The translations under genes were made by a program, and so were the position numbers. Positions 49,199-61,500 of a stretch of DNA of 64,000 nucleotides are shown here, in pieces (position 1 is the first letter of the stretch; each line of letters opens with the position of its first letter). The stretch is taken from contig JBHGNT010000004.1 of the NCBI GenBank assembly GCA_043228905.1, forward strand, positions 9,920,001 to 9,984,000. The letters run 5' to 3'. The DNA comes from Azolla caroliniana. Lineage: Eukaryota; Plantae; Polypodiophyta. The notes under the pieces are model-generated. The model was not told the origin of the DNA. It searched no databases and saw nothing but the letters and a program-made list of their open reading frames with translations.

Positions 49199-52100
49199 CT
49201 TAATTATGTCATGAAGATCCGTCACTATGCGCGGATCGTGAGGTGGAACCGTCGGGGTTCTGGACCGAAAGGATTCGAAGTTTGCACAAGCTTCAGCAAG
49301 AAAGGAATTAAGATAGATTGAAAGAGAGAGAGATTGAGATAAGATATAATGATTGCCTTTAGATTGAGAGAGATTAAGATTGAACTCTTGACTTTAGATT
49401 TCAAGAACAAGATTGATACATCAATTGGATAACGAGTTTCTTACTTTTATTTTCTTCTTAATATTAATTTTGATATAAAGTACAAAGCCCCCTTCAAAAG
49501 AAATCCCCTTTTTGCTTGATTCCTCCACTCTTTTATAGATGCCCCCATGCATATGGTGCATGTGAGGGTGGAAGACATGCACAGAATGCATGAAATGCTT
49601 GCAATGCATGCTTGCCATGTCATCATCTAAGCTCTCACACATGAGAATTTACATGTAAAGCTATAATGATAAAAATATAATCCCTAAAGAAATGGTTTGG
49701 CTTAATGGTAAGCCCATTGCTTCCTATCTTGGAAGTGTTAAGTTCGATTCTTGCTTAAATCTCCTTCTTTTATGTACAAAATACTATTAGGCTTTTGGAC
49801 CAAATATCTTTAAAACACCATGCACCGCGATCAACCGACCCGACCGATTTGCATTCGTTCGGTTTGGCTCGGTTCAGTCCGCATCCCGAGCCGGTTTGGT
49901 CTGCATCCCGAGGTCACCGGTTCCGTCGCCAGATGTCGGTCACCGGTAGCCGGTTCCGCCGCCGGTTGCCGTTTATCGGTCGCCAGTTTCCAGATTCGTC
50001 CGATCGTCGGTTGTCGGATCCACGTCCAGTCACCAATTGTCGTATCCGTCAGATCACCAGTTGCCGAATGCATCCGGTTTCCGGTCCTATCGTCGGCCGG
50101 TTTGAGTTTCTTCACCGACCAGTTCACGCATTTAGCCACGTCCAACGACTTAGGCACATATGTCCATCTAGACAAAAGTGGCTAAGTTCAACTATTTATT
50201 ATCTGCTCTTAACACATAGATGAAATATGATGGATCTCAATCTACTTATATAGTTGGAGCCTAAACTTTTCCTATCTATGTGGGATATTTCACAGTTTTA
50301 TTTTTCTCTTTTTCTTTTGCAAAACTTTATACCCACATAACTTAACACTTAGATGTTCGTTTCTTATGTAGTTAAATGCATTTAAAAGCTCTTGAAGACC
50401 TCTATCTTCTCGTACCAAGATATTAAGCTAATCTAAAATAGTATCTTCTCTATTATTGTTTCATGTCTCGTGTGAAGAACCACACTTGATTTTGTACGTT
50501 CCATGCAATTTTCACACTATTGCCGAAAATCTTCACGACACCGTTAGTCCGCCGTATGGAGCCTCAACGGCCTGGTTGACACGAGGAGCGCTACCGTAAC
50601 ACGAAGCGGAATCAGCGTGCGGGAAGGCCAAACCGTCTCTGTCACAAGAACAATCCTTATTTGGATGAAGAGGAGTATCCCAGCAATGACTGCCACAATC
50701 CTCGGGGGGGACGTCACTATGATAACTAGCATACCACCAAGAATTGCGGCGGACAGGTGGAACCCCATTCGTACGGGGGTAATCGCCAATCACGAAACCA
50801 ACGTAACCACGATGAAAGCTCGGAGGAAGAACGACGCCAGGATAGTCATCGTGAGTATCGCCAGAAGCCCTGCAACAATAGGTGGTTCTAGCGACCCCGG
50901 GTAGAACAGACGGCACCTATGGAAACCACCGCAGCCTCGGTCGTTAAAAAAGGTGAGTCCATCATCCAATGTTTTATTTGTCAACAGCCAGGTCATTACA
51001 CAACTCAATGCCCACGCTCCGATAAAGGGAAAGGGCTAGCGGTGAATATGATCACGACAGACGTCCAACAGGTTACAACCCGCAGTAAGGCGAAAAACAC
51101 GAACTAGGCGGAGCAAGACAAGATCCACAAAGCTGCACAAGCCTGGGTAGAAAAGGCAAATGAAGCCAACGTGGAACACATGAAGAAAGATTTGGGCCAC
51201 ACTACCACACATACGAAAGACACGATATTGATGCCAGCTCCGATATGGCAAACACTGGTCGATTGCGAAATTACGTTGACCATGGACAAATTACGACAGA
51301 CCGTAGAAAATCGGATGCGGGGCACATACGGCCTAGAGATTTTGGCCAATTATACAGAGTCTCGCATAGGCCCAGTCGTGGTTGATCACCACAATCCAGC
51401 CATCAAGGTGGTGCTGCAAGGTACCATCACGACACTCAAACAGGTGGCACAAAAAAAGCGAGAGTGGTATGACGAACAACTCGAGCAGGAGCGTCAATTC
51501 AATCATGATGTCGAAATATGCCTCAACAAGAAGATGGGCCCGCTAGAGGAGCTTCATGAGAAGGAGTCACAAATCTAGACACAAATGAAGACACTTTATG
51601 AAAAAGCAGTGGCAACCAACAAGGGGAAAATTGGGGACCTCAAGAAGGCTCTTGAGGACTTACAGGCCCGCACGCGCCTAAACACGGACCGTATCCGCAT
51701 CCTCCTCGAAACAAAACAAGAATGGTTTACGGCCCAACTACAAGCGGCGTTAGATAGAGGATGGGCCGGATGGGCGCCGCAGGCAACGGAACTCCACACA
51801 TACAAAGCGGACTGGGAAAACTGGGATAAGGAAGGAAAAGGGTTTTACAAGATAAGCGAAGAGAGCATCGCTACGATTCATGAAGACCTTACGCAAGATT
51901 ACCAGTCCTCAGTCGATCGCCACACCGAAGAAATGGCACAACTATTAGAGGATTTCAGTGAAAGCCAAGACCAACACATTCCGCCAGCTGCACGACATCG
52001 ACAGTGAACATCAAAGGGCAGAAGAGGCGAGGAAGTCGGAGGCCATCATCCTGCCAGATAGCGATTCCGCGAAACAACACGGGAGTCTGTACGAACAAGA

Positions 52101-52250
52101 CGTATCTTCGAAGGTTACGACAGCGGCCACACCTATCATTATGTCCCCTGCTCCGGTAGTCGTGGTGAATGAGGCGCTACAAAGAGACCCAAACCAGACT
52201 CCCACAAGTGTAGAGGAGGAAATACGGATAGAACCACTGGTGCAGACGCT

Positions 52251-53410
52251 TGTTAGCCAGCCGGCAAGGAGTGGAGGACAGTCCGGAATATGAAAGGGGA
52301 GGAATAATCGGAAGTTGTTATTAGGATATTAAGTAATTAAGTAGATTTTAGAGAAGTGAACGGACGGATTGAAATCGGTATGCCGATCCGGATCCGGACC
52401 GGTTCATATTAGTGTGCTGGTTGGTACCGTTTTGTAGGCAGAGCCGGTGATCTATAAAAAGGCCCGGTTACATTGTAAATGGGGACGGATAATTAATATA
52501 GCTCTATTGTCTTATCTCTGTGTATTGATTACTGTTTTGTGCTAATTACTTTCTATCTTATGCGTGTATTAAGATTAATGATATATTGCTTAAGTAACCG
52601 ATTAAGGTCTGGTTAATCGTCGGTCTTACTCTGTTTCACCGTAACACCTTTTGGTGAAGTGTCTTCTGTAGACACCCTGTGTTAGGCTATTGTCCGGCCC
52701 TAAGGAGTAATACTCCAAAATGGCGGAGTTCGGCATGACCTTGGAAGGGCCCGCCGCCAGATGGCGCTTGACGCAAGATCCCAGTACCATGACAACGTTT
52801 GAGGCCTTGAGAACTAAATTCTTACACTTTTTTCACAAAGAGGTGGATCAACGGGAAATGGTCGGCCTATTTTATACCATCAAGCAGGAGCCCACGGAGA
52901 ACATTCAACAATTTGTAATCCGATTCTAGAGAATGCACATCCAACTCAATCGGGCACCACTGGAGGAAGAGACTAAGGCGATATTCCTAGCAGCACTCCA
53001 GGAACCCCTACAAACGGTGTGCATAGTCATTGATTTCCGCACGAGTTCCGTCGACCAAGTCATAGACCAAGTTAGGGAAATGGAAAACTCTAGCTCATGG
53101 CTGACGATGGGGGCACTCCAACGAACATTACAAACTGATGAAGACCTCCGCTTTCGACAAGCAATTCAATGTATGACTTGCCTGAATGATGGACACTCGG
53201 CGCTGGAGTGCACCATGCGTTCTCAATGCCTGCTTTGCCATTCTAGAAACCACACAATGGATCGGTGCGAGTATAACTTGTTGAATCGGCAAGCACCACC
53301 GGTCTGGCAAATCAAACCACGGAGCAACCAGGAGGAGGAAGAATAGTGCTAGTGATGAGAGGAGCGTTACCAACCGGCACAAGATGTCCGGTACGGTGAT
53401 CGAAGAAACG
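52251..53410 (+). mobile_element. 5' part of element C: LTR 52251-52712 fused directly to the middle of gag (PBS and gag start deleted)
   Basis: LTR matches 24239-24700 inverted; MAEFGMTLEGPAARW, CMTCLNDGHSALEC, CLLCHSRNHTMDRC. Confidence 0.85.
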
Positions 53411-54115
53411 CTTAAACTGCTTCCTTCGTCCAGGTATGGATTGTGTTGTAACTGGAGTGACTCCTCCGTGACCCGCCGAATCACACTGGAAAAAGACCAA
53501 TCCGATCGGATCTCCTCAACCGCCTGTTGGTAAGCCTCCCACCTCCACAGTCTCTCAAGCTAGTCTTCTTGCTCATTCGGCAACTGGGTCGTTTATTGGC
53601 CTAGTCATTCATCCCCTCGTTGTTCGCTGCTTGCTGCAGTAATCGTGGTCGCCAAAATATGTGTTATTCCTAGACTGGACTTTCCTCTAACACAAGGTGT
53701 CCCTTTGGAACACTTCACGAAAGGGTGGTTACGGTAAGGGATTCATCACTAACAATCATAACCGGTTATCTTCTGGTTCGGTATCTGGATTCACAACACA
53801 CCTCCATTGCACACGTAAGATCCACACATTAAGCGCAGAACGGAATAGGAACATAAAGATCCACAAGATACAATAACAAAACTTTCTTATATTAATATTT
53901 TGTCGTCTAAATACATTGATACCCGAATCCTTTTATAGGAATCCAATTTTGTGCTATAAAACGGTGCCTAACCGGCAATTAGCTACGAATCGGTCCGGAT
54001 CCGGATCAGGATAGCTATTCCGGATCCGTCCGTTCTTATAACTAATAATATTATTATATATCCAGAAACTAGCTCGCCCCTTCCTCATTACATACTTGGC
54101 CGCCAACGGTCAACA
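53410..54115 (-). mobile_element. Element D fragment: LTR 53662-54115 (distant relative of LTR C), PBS-like TGGCGACCAC and leader
   Basis: TG...CA ends, shared blocks CACTTCAC, TCCGGATCCGGATC, TCCGTCCGTTC; PBS-like motif at 53645-53654; may instead be a solo LTR (flanks ATATG/AAATG). Confidence 0.7.
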
Positions 54116-54451
54116 AAATGGAAAGACATTCACCAGGTATTCTAGTCGCACATTCTGGTTTAGTGTCCTAACAATCCACATTCGAAGGTATTCTCATGTT
54201 GTAATATTATGATGCAAAATAGATTCCAAGTTTTTTGTAGAAGGTTGAATTTGTCTGTTTACATTGGGGAACATGAATTGCAATCAATGTGCACCCACGG
54301 AGAGATGGCATCAACATGGTCCATGAATGTCTTCCATATGTGGATGGAATACACCCAACCACAACACATATCCGACTGATATTGGATAGTTGATCCACTT
54401 TGGGTTCAACTATACAAGCAAACCAATAAGGCCAACGACATCCTTGGACAA

Positions 54452-54817
54452 GTGCCCGAATGCGATTTTGTATTCATACCCATAGTGCATGAAGGGCATT
54501 GGGTCCTTTGGGTAAAGATGCGACATGCTCCAACCGATTTACATGCAGACAAGGTAACAAGTCTAGTTGTATTTATTGACCCAATGAATAATCCTACTAT
54601 TAGGGAATTGAAGAGTTTGGTAGAAATGGTTATAACCAAAGTCCAAAGCACCGTCGTAGACCATAACATCATACTTGAGAACCGATATACTGAAATCCAT
54701 ATCCCAACTCAGCCCAATGGAACAGATTGCAGATATTATGTAATGCAAACAATTCGTATGTTTGTCGAAGAGTTCACTTATGGCCTCAAATCACCAAACT
54801 TCATAAGTATCTTATAA
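54452..54817 (+). pseudogene. Ulp1-like (peptidase C48) domain fragment, probably transposon-borne
   Basis: FIPIVHEGHWVL, FIDP, PTQPNGTDC: catalytic H, D, Q and C in the expected order. Confidence 0.7.
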
Positions 54818-55387
54818 TTTCCATTTTCTATAGTCATCCTTGATTATTGGTTCTACATTGGTACGGTGATGATGATGTCTACCTTCTACGCGTTATGATT
54901 CTAAGTGGGCATGATGTGTTTTGGGATTCTGAACTTGTAACCTCATTTTGTTTTTCGCCATCCTCTATATGGCTTGTACAAGTTGTTATTATACCCTTCG
55001 GTATTGTTATTGGGTTTATTGTAATAGCCACACTTGTATCTCGGAGACGTAATATTGGTCCATTTGTCAAAGCCATATGGCGTGAGTAAACAAACTTGTT
55101 TTGACTCTCAGTATTAAAGTCGATTGTTTTGCCCTTTTGGGCAATATGAATGCCTTGTAGGTATTGTAAATTTCGGCATGTAATTTTGCTCACAATATAT
55201 TGTATTTTACATGTCAATACAAAGCAACACTTTTTGATAAATTCTTGTGCATATTGTAGTTTTTGTTCGTGCATATTACGCCATAAACAATCCATCAGAC
55301 GTGTTGCACCTTTCAATATTATGTCATAATTGGGCAAATAGATATTTGTCAATAATAGTATACATGGAAATTGAAAATTGATGGAAA

Positions 55388-58100
55388 GTATTTGTCTACA
55401 CCTAACCCGGGAAAGTAATGTATGTCTTCCTAACCCAGGGAAACAAGTATTTGTCTGCACCTAACTAGGGAAAGTAATGTATGTCTACCTAACCCAAGGA
55501 AAAAGTATTTGTCTGCACCTAACCGAGGAAAGTAATGTATGTCTACCTAACCCAAGGAAAAAGTATTTGTATGCACCTAACCTGGGATCAATTTATTGGA
55601 TCCATCCACCTAAACCGAGGCCAGATTCTATCCAACTACGTTGATTCTGTTTCAACATTTAGAGAATGATCACCTCCATTAGACGCATTAGACGACTATA
55701 TAATGTCGATACAGAAATAATTAACTCTACTAGAGCTACCATAATCACATGAATTGAATCAGACAATTATAATTGCTCTGATTAGGATCATATTATCGCC
55801 CTCATCATCGTATTGCTCCACATTATCATACTACTCTCATTATCATATTGCTCTCAATTACACATAATTTGTTCTTGTTAACACTTTGCTCTCATTTCAA
55901 ACTTGTGATCATGGATGATTCATGTGGGTTAGTGGATGAAACACAATTTCTATTTGACTCAAAATTCGAATTGGAGGATTCGTTCTCAGATTCAGCCACT
56001 TCGAATGAATCAATTGATGGTCAAGGGTCGGACGATGTCGACATCGAGGACGACTTGGATCCCTTCATGTTTTGTTCGCCAAGGTATTTTGCGTTTAATG
56101 AAGGTATGTATAAATTAATGGTTAAAGATTTATTAGGACACATAAAGGTTACGATAGAATCTTTAAAAGAGACCTCAAAGGGAGCACCTCTCATGATCTT
56201 AGCATGGAGGCGCATGAAGACTCGACTCATGCTAAAAAATGAGCATGAAATCTACTTAAAGTTGTCGCCACATCTAAGGGTATCATATGTAGAGCAATGG
56301 TGACCCATCATATTGCACACACATGGGGGGACATCCCATTACCCACTCTCACAAACTCTTAAAGAGTTGAAGAAACATTGGGCCATGGATCTTCGCAATC
56401 ATGGAATAGCTAGTTCATACATAAAAGCACTAATTGACCAATGTGGATGTTAGATAATACAAAAGGTGAATTCTATTCACATGTTAGGCACAAGTGTAAG
56501 TAAATATGATAAGAGTACAATGCCCACAGAAGTGATAGAGGTAGAAGCTAGTAAGTTAGATGATACATTGGCAGATATTCAAATAAAGTATCATACATGC
56601 TTGCGGAGAGGAGTCCCAAAAGGCAAGCATGTGACTAGATATGATTGTCATCACTCAGGTGTGCCTCGATGAGTGGTCTGATGCTCTCGCTTGCGCAAGG
56701 GTTCAAAGCGTTCTGGATGTAGTTTTCATTTGAATGTAAGAGTGAATGAAGGGGATAAACATGGGATCATGAGCATTTATGTATATGGATGCCATTCAAG
56801 TCATGTCCTAGAATAAACCGTTCTATTACTGAACTTGTGCATGTTTTAATTGGGGAGAGTGTCTCTAGCAGTTGCATCGGCGGGACCGTGGTAGAATGGT
56901 ACATGCAATGACAAGAGATATGTGAGAGTGGTAGATTCCAACCCCGTGCAAATTGTAAGGATCAAAGGTCAAGACTTAAAGAGGTTGAGAGGATACTAGA
57001 AAGATATGTGACCAATAGCAACTCAATGCACATTGTGGACGAGGCCCGATATTGGTTTCGAATATTGAGCATGACCACTCCCACTGTACGGTACAATGTC
57101 TCGCTCCAATGTTCATATTGTGATTGTCAAGACTTTGCAAGTAAATGTAAGCATTTGCTTGCCATTCGGATGATCGTTGAGAGACCTATGCCATCACTAT
57201 GTGGATAATTACCATTTATATATCATGCAACCCAAATGCGAATGGATGATGCCACAATGGATAGAGAACTAGAGTCGACACAAGAAGTAGAAGTCGAGAT
57301 GAATGTAGAAGTTGACGAAAGGGAGGAAATAAAGTTAGAAGCACATCAAACTATGGAAGCACTTCAACTTCTCGAGCAAGGATGGGGAGCAATGAATAGT
57401 GCAGCTCTTGAGCGTTGTCAGCAACTCAAGGTAGATTTTCGAAAGGAATTGCTCTTATCTATGGGTGCATCGACAACAACCAATATGGCATCGGGAGGTT
57501 TAATAAGTTGGAAGCAACAAATTGTTGTGAAAAGAGGAGCCATGCCCAACATTTCACAATAACTTATTGGCAGCTCCCCAAACACGACCAAAACACACAC
57601 TAACAGACTAAAAAGAGGTGCTCGTCGTGCTAAGAGGCAGTTGCCAATATGTGACACTGAGAAGGTTCGGTGTTTGCATTGTGATGGTTTGACATTGACT
57701 TCAAGAGACTCCAATGCAAATTGTTGCAAAAATTGTGGGTGTATCTTGCCATGCTTTGAACAAGAGCCTTGATCTCATAGTTTTTATTAAATTACATCAT
57801 GTGATTTTTATATGTAAAATCGTGCAATTTTGTATTATAAAAATTAGGCTTGATATTTTTGAGTAATCTTAGCATATTTTTTAAACAATGATCTCTTCAG
57901 AAATTTTAATCGGGTACCCTGGGTTAGGTGCATGCACCCGGGTTAGGTTTGTGTTCCCGGGTTAGGTTTAAGTTCTCGCGTTAGGATTAGGTACCCGGGT
58001 TAGGTTAGACCCAGGTTAGATGTGACGTGTTAGATGTGATAGATCCGATTGTCAGAGCCGAGTTAGATGTGACAGATCCGATTGTCAGACCCGGGTTAAG
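55388..58100 (+). mobile_element. Mutator-like (MULE) remnant: WRKY/GCM1-like Zn finger, SWIM finger, no visible DDE core; bracketed by inverted CCGGGTTAGG arrays
   Basis: YDCHHSG...SKRSGCSFHL...GCHSSH near 56640-56805; CDCQDFASKCKHL near 57118; repeat arrays at 55388-55620 and 57912-58100. Confidence 0.55.
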
Positions 58101-58503
58101 TTTTAGGCGCGCGCTTTTTGTGGATAGAGATTGAACGGTGCAGATCACACACGCCATTCAAAACGTGTCATGCACCGTCCGTGTCCGCGATTTCCTCACC
58201 CTCACCAGGAGGCCTAATTATGATTTGGTTGCAAATAGAAACGAGCTACGTATGTATACATCTTTCTTCATTCTCTTCTTCTTCTTCTTCGTTTGTCTAC
58301 AGTCTATTATTATTATTATTGGAGAGAATCGAGAGAAGCAGAGAAGGAAGAAGAAGAAGAAGAAGAAGAAGAAGAAGACTAACTAAGATTACATAGTTAG
58401 TGCGTGTGTGTCCGTATGCCAAAGACGTAAGTAGGCGCGCGCGCGCGCGACCCACACTCACAGAGACTGAGAGAGACAGACAGAGCGATAGGATCTGACA
58501 GCT

Positions 58504-61500
58504 ATGGCTACCTTTAAGCGCAGAGCTGTAGGTTTCGGACAGACCGAGGCTGACACAAACCACAGCCTTTCGCAACGCCAAGTAAGTACCCGTCTTTCTC
58601 GCCGTTAACTCTAGTTTTGTTTTTGTTTTCTTGTACTTCCGTTTCCTTCCTTTTTGTTTTCCAATCGTCCGTCCACGTGAGCTTTAGCTACTTAGGATAC
58701 AGAATTAGTTGCGTCTTGATATATCAGCCTTATGTTTAGCAGAAGCATCAGATGATTGTATGTTTTATGGATGAAATAATCTCTTTTCATTTTGTTTTTG
58801 TCTCCATCAAGAAGTGCCAAAGAATCTGTCAATCATTTATCTCTTCTAATGTTTTCTTCTTTTTGAAACTAGGTCTTCTATATTTGCCCCCTTTGCATAA
58901 AACACGAATTGAAATAGTTTAGAACTATTTCTTGATCTCTTTGTTTTCTTTGCATGTAGTGAAATTGAGCTTTTTTTGTCCATTGCCATTGGGAGGAACC
59001 AGTTAAAATATATTTCTTTTATGTTCTTCTGGAGGCTTGTATGTTTAAATGTATAAGTGCATGTGTATATTATACATATATGTATCTATATTTGCATGCA
59101 TATGTATATATGTATGCTGATGTGTACGTGTCATAGTTAAAAATCGTGTATTCTATGTTTAGAATACGTGTTAGAATACTCTGAAGTATTCTACACATAT
59201 TCCATGTTTTAGAACTGCCATTTTTCAAAATTTCACGTATTCAACATATCTAGCAAGTATTTATCATTTCAAAAAAGTTAAAAAAAAATTTAAATATTTT
59301 TTTGAAAAAAAACCTTTAACGTATTTACAAGTATTCTACATGTATTCTAAGTATTTAACGTATTTTATCTGTAAAATACGTATTCTAAGTATTTTACAAA
59401 AAACTTAGAATACGTAGCATGCACTATTCTACACAGTGTATGCTAAGTATTCTACAACAATGGTATGTGTAACTTTTTGTATGCTAATGTTTTTAGCTTT
59501 TGTATGCCCCGTAGTGCTTGCTATGTCTGGTGATTGAAAGCATGAACATTTTAAGGAAATTCCTATGCTGAGATTTTTGGACCCATCAACTGCAGACTTA
59601 AGGTTACTGTTTCTAAGTTTACTATTTCCCTGAAGGTTACTTTGAATGTTTCCATTAACATGGAAAGCTGTCTGCACTCCCATTCATCATATCACATTGC
59701 TGCCAATCCATCATGGTGGACACTGGACATTCAAGAAGTGAATGAGTTTAAAGATAGTTCCAACTAAACCAAAAAAACACACAGCAAAGAGATACAACAA
59801 GAAAGGGGAATTAGAATTAATTCCTGTAATTATGATGAGATTGAAAGACCTAATTGAATCTATCATCTGACTGGATTCATGACTTGCTAAGGATCATGCA
59901 AACTTCACTTAAACTGTTTGATCAGGATATACAATATAATGACATGGTTTACCATGTAAAGGAATACAAAATCTCTAAGTTTTCACGTATGTTCTAACCT
60001 TTTTGGCATTTCTAGAACTGAACAGTTTTGGATAAATGAGTTGTTTTCTGGGATAGTGGATTGTTTATTTTTCTGAAGCATCAAGATAACTTATCGTTAT
60101 ATACAGCAGAATATTCCAGAGGAATCTCCATTTGTGCTTCAAACTGGCGGAGCTAGAACTCAACAGTATATTCAATATGTCAGAGCACTGAATACTCAAT
60201 TTACCAGGTGCATTACTGATTTATGTTCGTTTTGCTTTGCAAGTTATTTTATTTTTGATGTAGGCTGCTATGTTTTTTGGGAAATGAATAAAATTTATTT
60301 TCTTTTATTGATGGCTATATAACTTTTTGTGCATGCGTTGAAACTCCGTGATGTCTTTGGGGTACTGCACTATTTAGTCTTCGTGATGGATGATGATAAT
60401 CACTGTTAATTGCATTTTTTTACTGAGACACTGATAAAATCAATGAGTATTGAGTTAATTTCTAAACTATGGGCTATGAAGTATTAAGAGATCGACATTT
60501 AAGTAAGTTGATTGTTATAAATATTCATAGTCGATGAAATGTTAGAACCTCAACCGTCATTCCAGTTTAAACAAACTGTTTGTTGCAGTTTTAGTAACGT
60601 AGTTGTTAAAGTATCCATAACCCATGAAATTTCAGAATCTTGACATTATTTCCACGTAAACACTTTCCCCCTTTTGATGTGGCACACATTCATAAACATG
60701 GCACATGGGATCAGTAAACATGTGGAGGTAGAGTGAGCCTTACCACCAACATGAGGGTACAAAAAACCTATTAGGTAGAACACAAAGAGATGCTAGAAAC
60801 TGACTTGAATGTAATGTCTATGATGGTCATTTGGCTCATCAGGAGCATGTATTACCAGTGCATATAAGTATTTTGGACTGCTTTGATTTAGTAAATGATA
60901 TAGTTCTCTTAGCACTATTGTTGGATACTCACATTAAACATTGTAAAGTTTAACAATTATTAGTAGATTAGTAAATGCCTGTGTAAATATGGTAAACATA
61001 TCCTTAATCGTAGACATAATTTATACTAATTAAAAATCTCCATATTTACAGCTGGGTAGAAAAACAGTTGAAGGAGCATCCACACGAGCTTTGGCAGGAA
61101 GGGATTCAAGATTATCTAAGGCATGCATCAAAGATTCAGGTATAGTCAAGAGACATATGCGAGGTGGTTCATCAATGAAAGTCACTCTTGATTTTTGAGA
61201 CTTTTTTGTTTGAACATGAACATATATGCATATAATGCTACTGTTTTTAAATGACAGCCTTGATGTTTAGAATTGAAGTTCAAACATACATTCATTGCAG
61301 TTAAACAATGTTAAAATGATTGCCTAGTGTCAGTTTTAGCTAAATTCAACTCTAGAATCACTTTAGCTTTTCTTTTTAGTTACCTCGTTGTTTGAAAACA
61401 GTATCAAGTGTGCATTGAGGCATCAAAAGCAGTTTTAGTTTTTTATGCACAGTTGCTTCTTGGTAGGTACATAACTTTACCACTAGATTGCCTGACATTG

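Larger units (their letters stand above)
31862..50540 (-). mobile_element. Element W: Ty3/gypsy with ~1.33-1.36 kb LTRs (49207-50540 and ~31862-33224) and tRNA-Trp PBS; hosts element B
   Basis: gag FDGKNITKFL, CVWCDSMDHMRRDC, protease LIDHGSEINL, RT LPQGATN/PFLDD, RH VTVDTSPTGIG, integrase KWMVDLV; PPT GGTGGGGGTGAA at 33225-33236. Confidence 0.92.
30338..52250 (+). mobile_element. 5' half of element A: LTR 30338-30820, PBS, gag (31150-31865 and 50541-51420), large deletion, extra-ORF part 51421-52250; hosts element W
   Basis: TG...CA LTR with TATA; gag FGLTLDGRATRW, CTMC...H...C and CFICQQPGHYTTQC knuckles; frame NRPT|PLVRR rejoins across W. Confidence 0.88.

Noticed and set aside
54879-55460. 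193-aa minus-strand ORF
   Set aside because: Non-ATG start inside a repeat array and no recognisable domain
55388-55620. CRISPR-like array or interstitial telomere
   Set aside because: Units are tandem without unique spacers, the context is eukaryotic, and there is no true (TTTAGGG)n run
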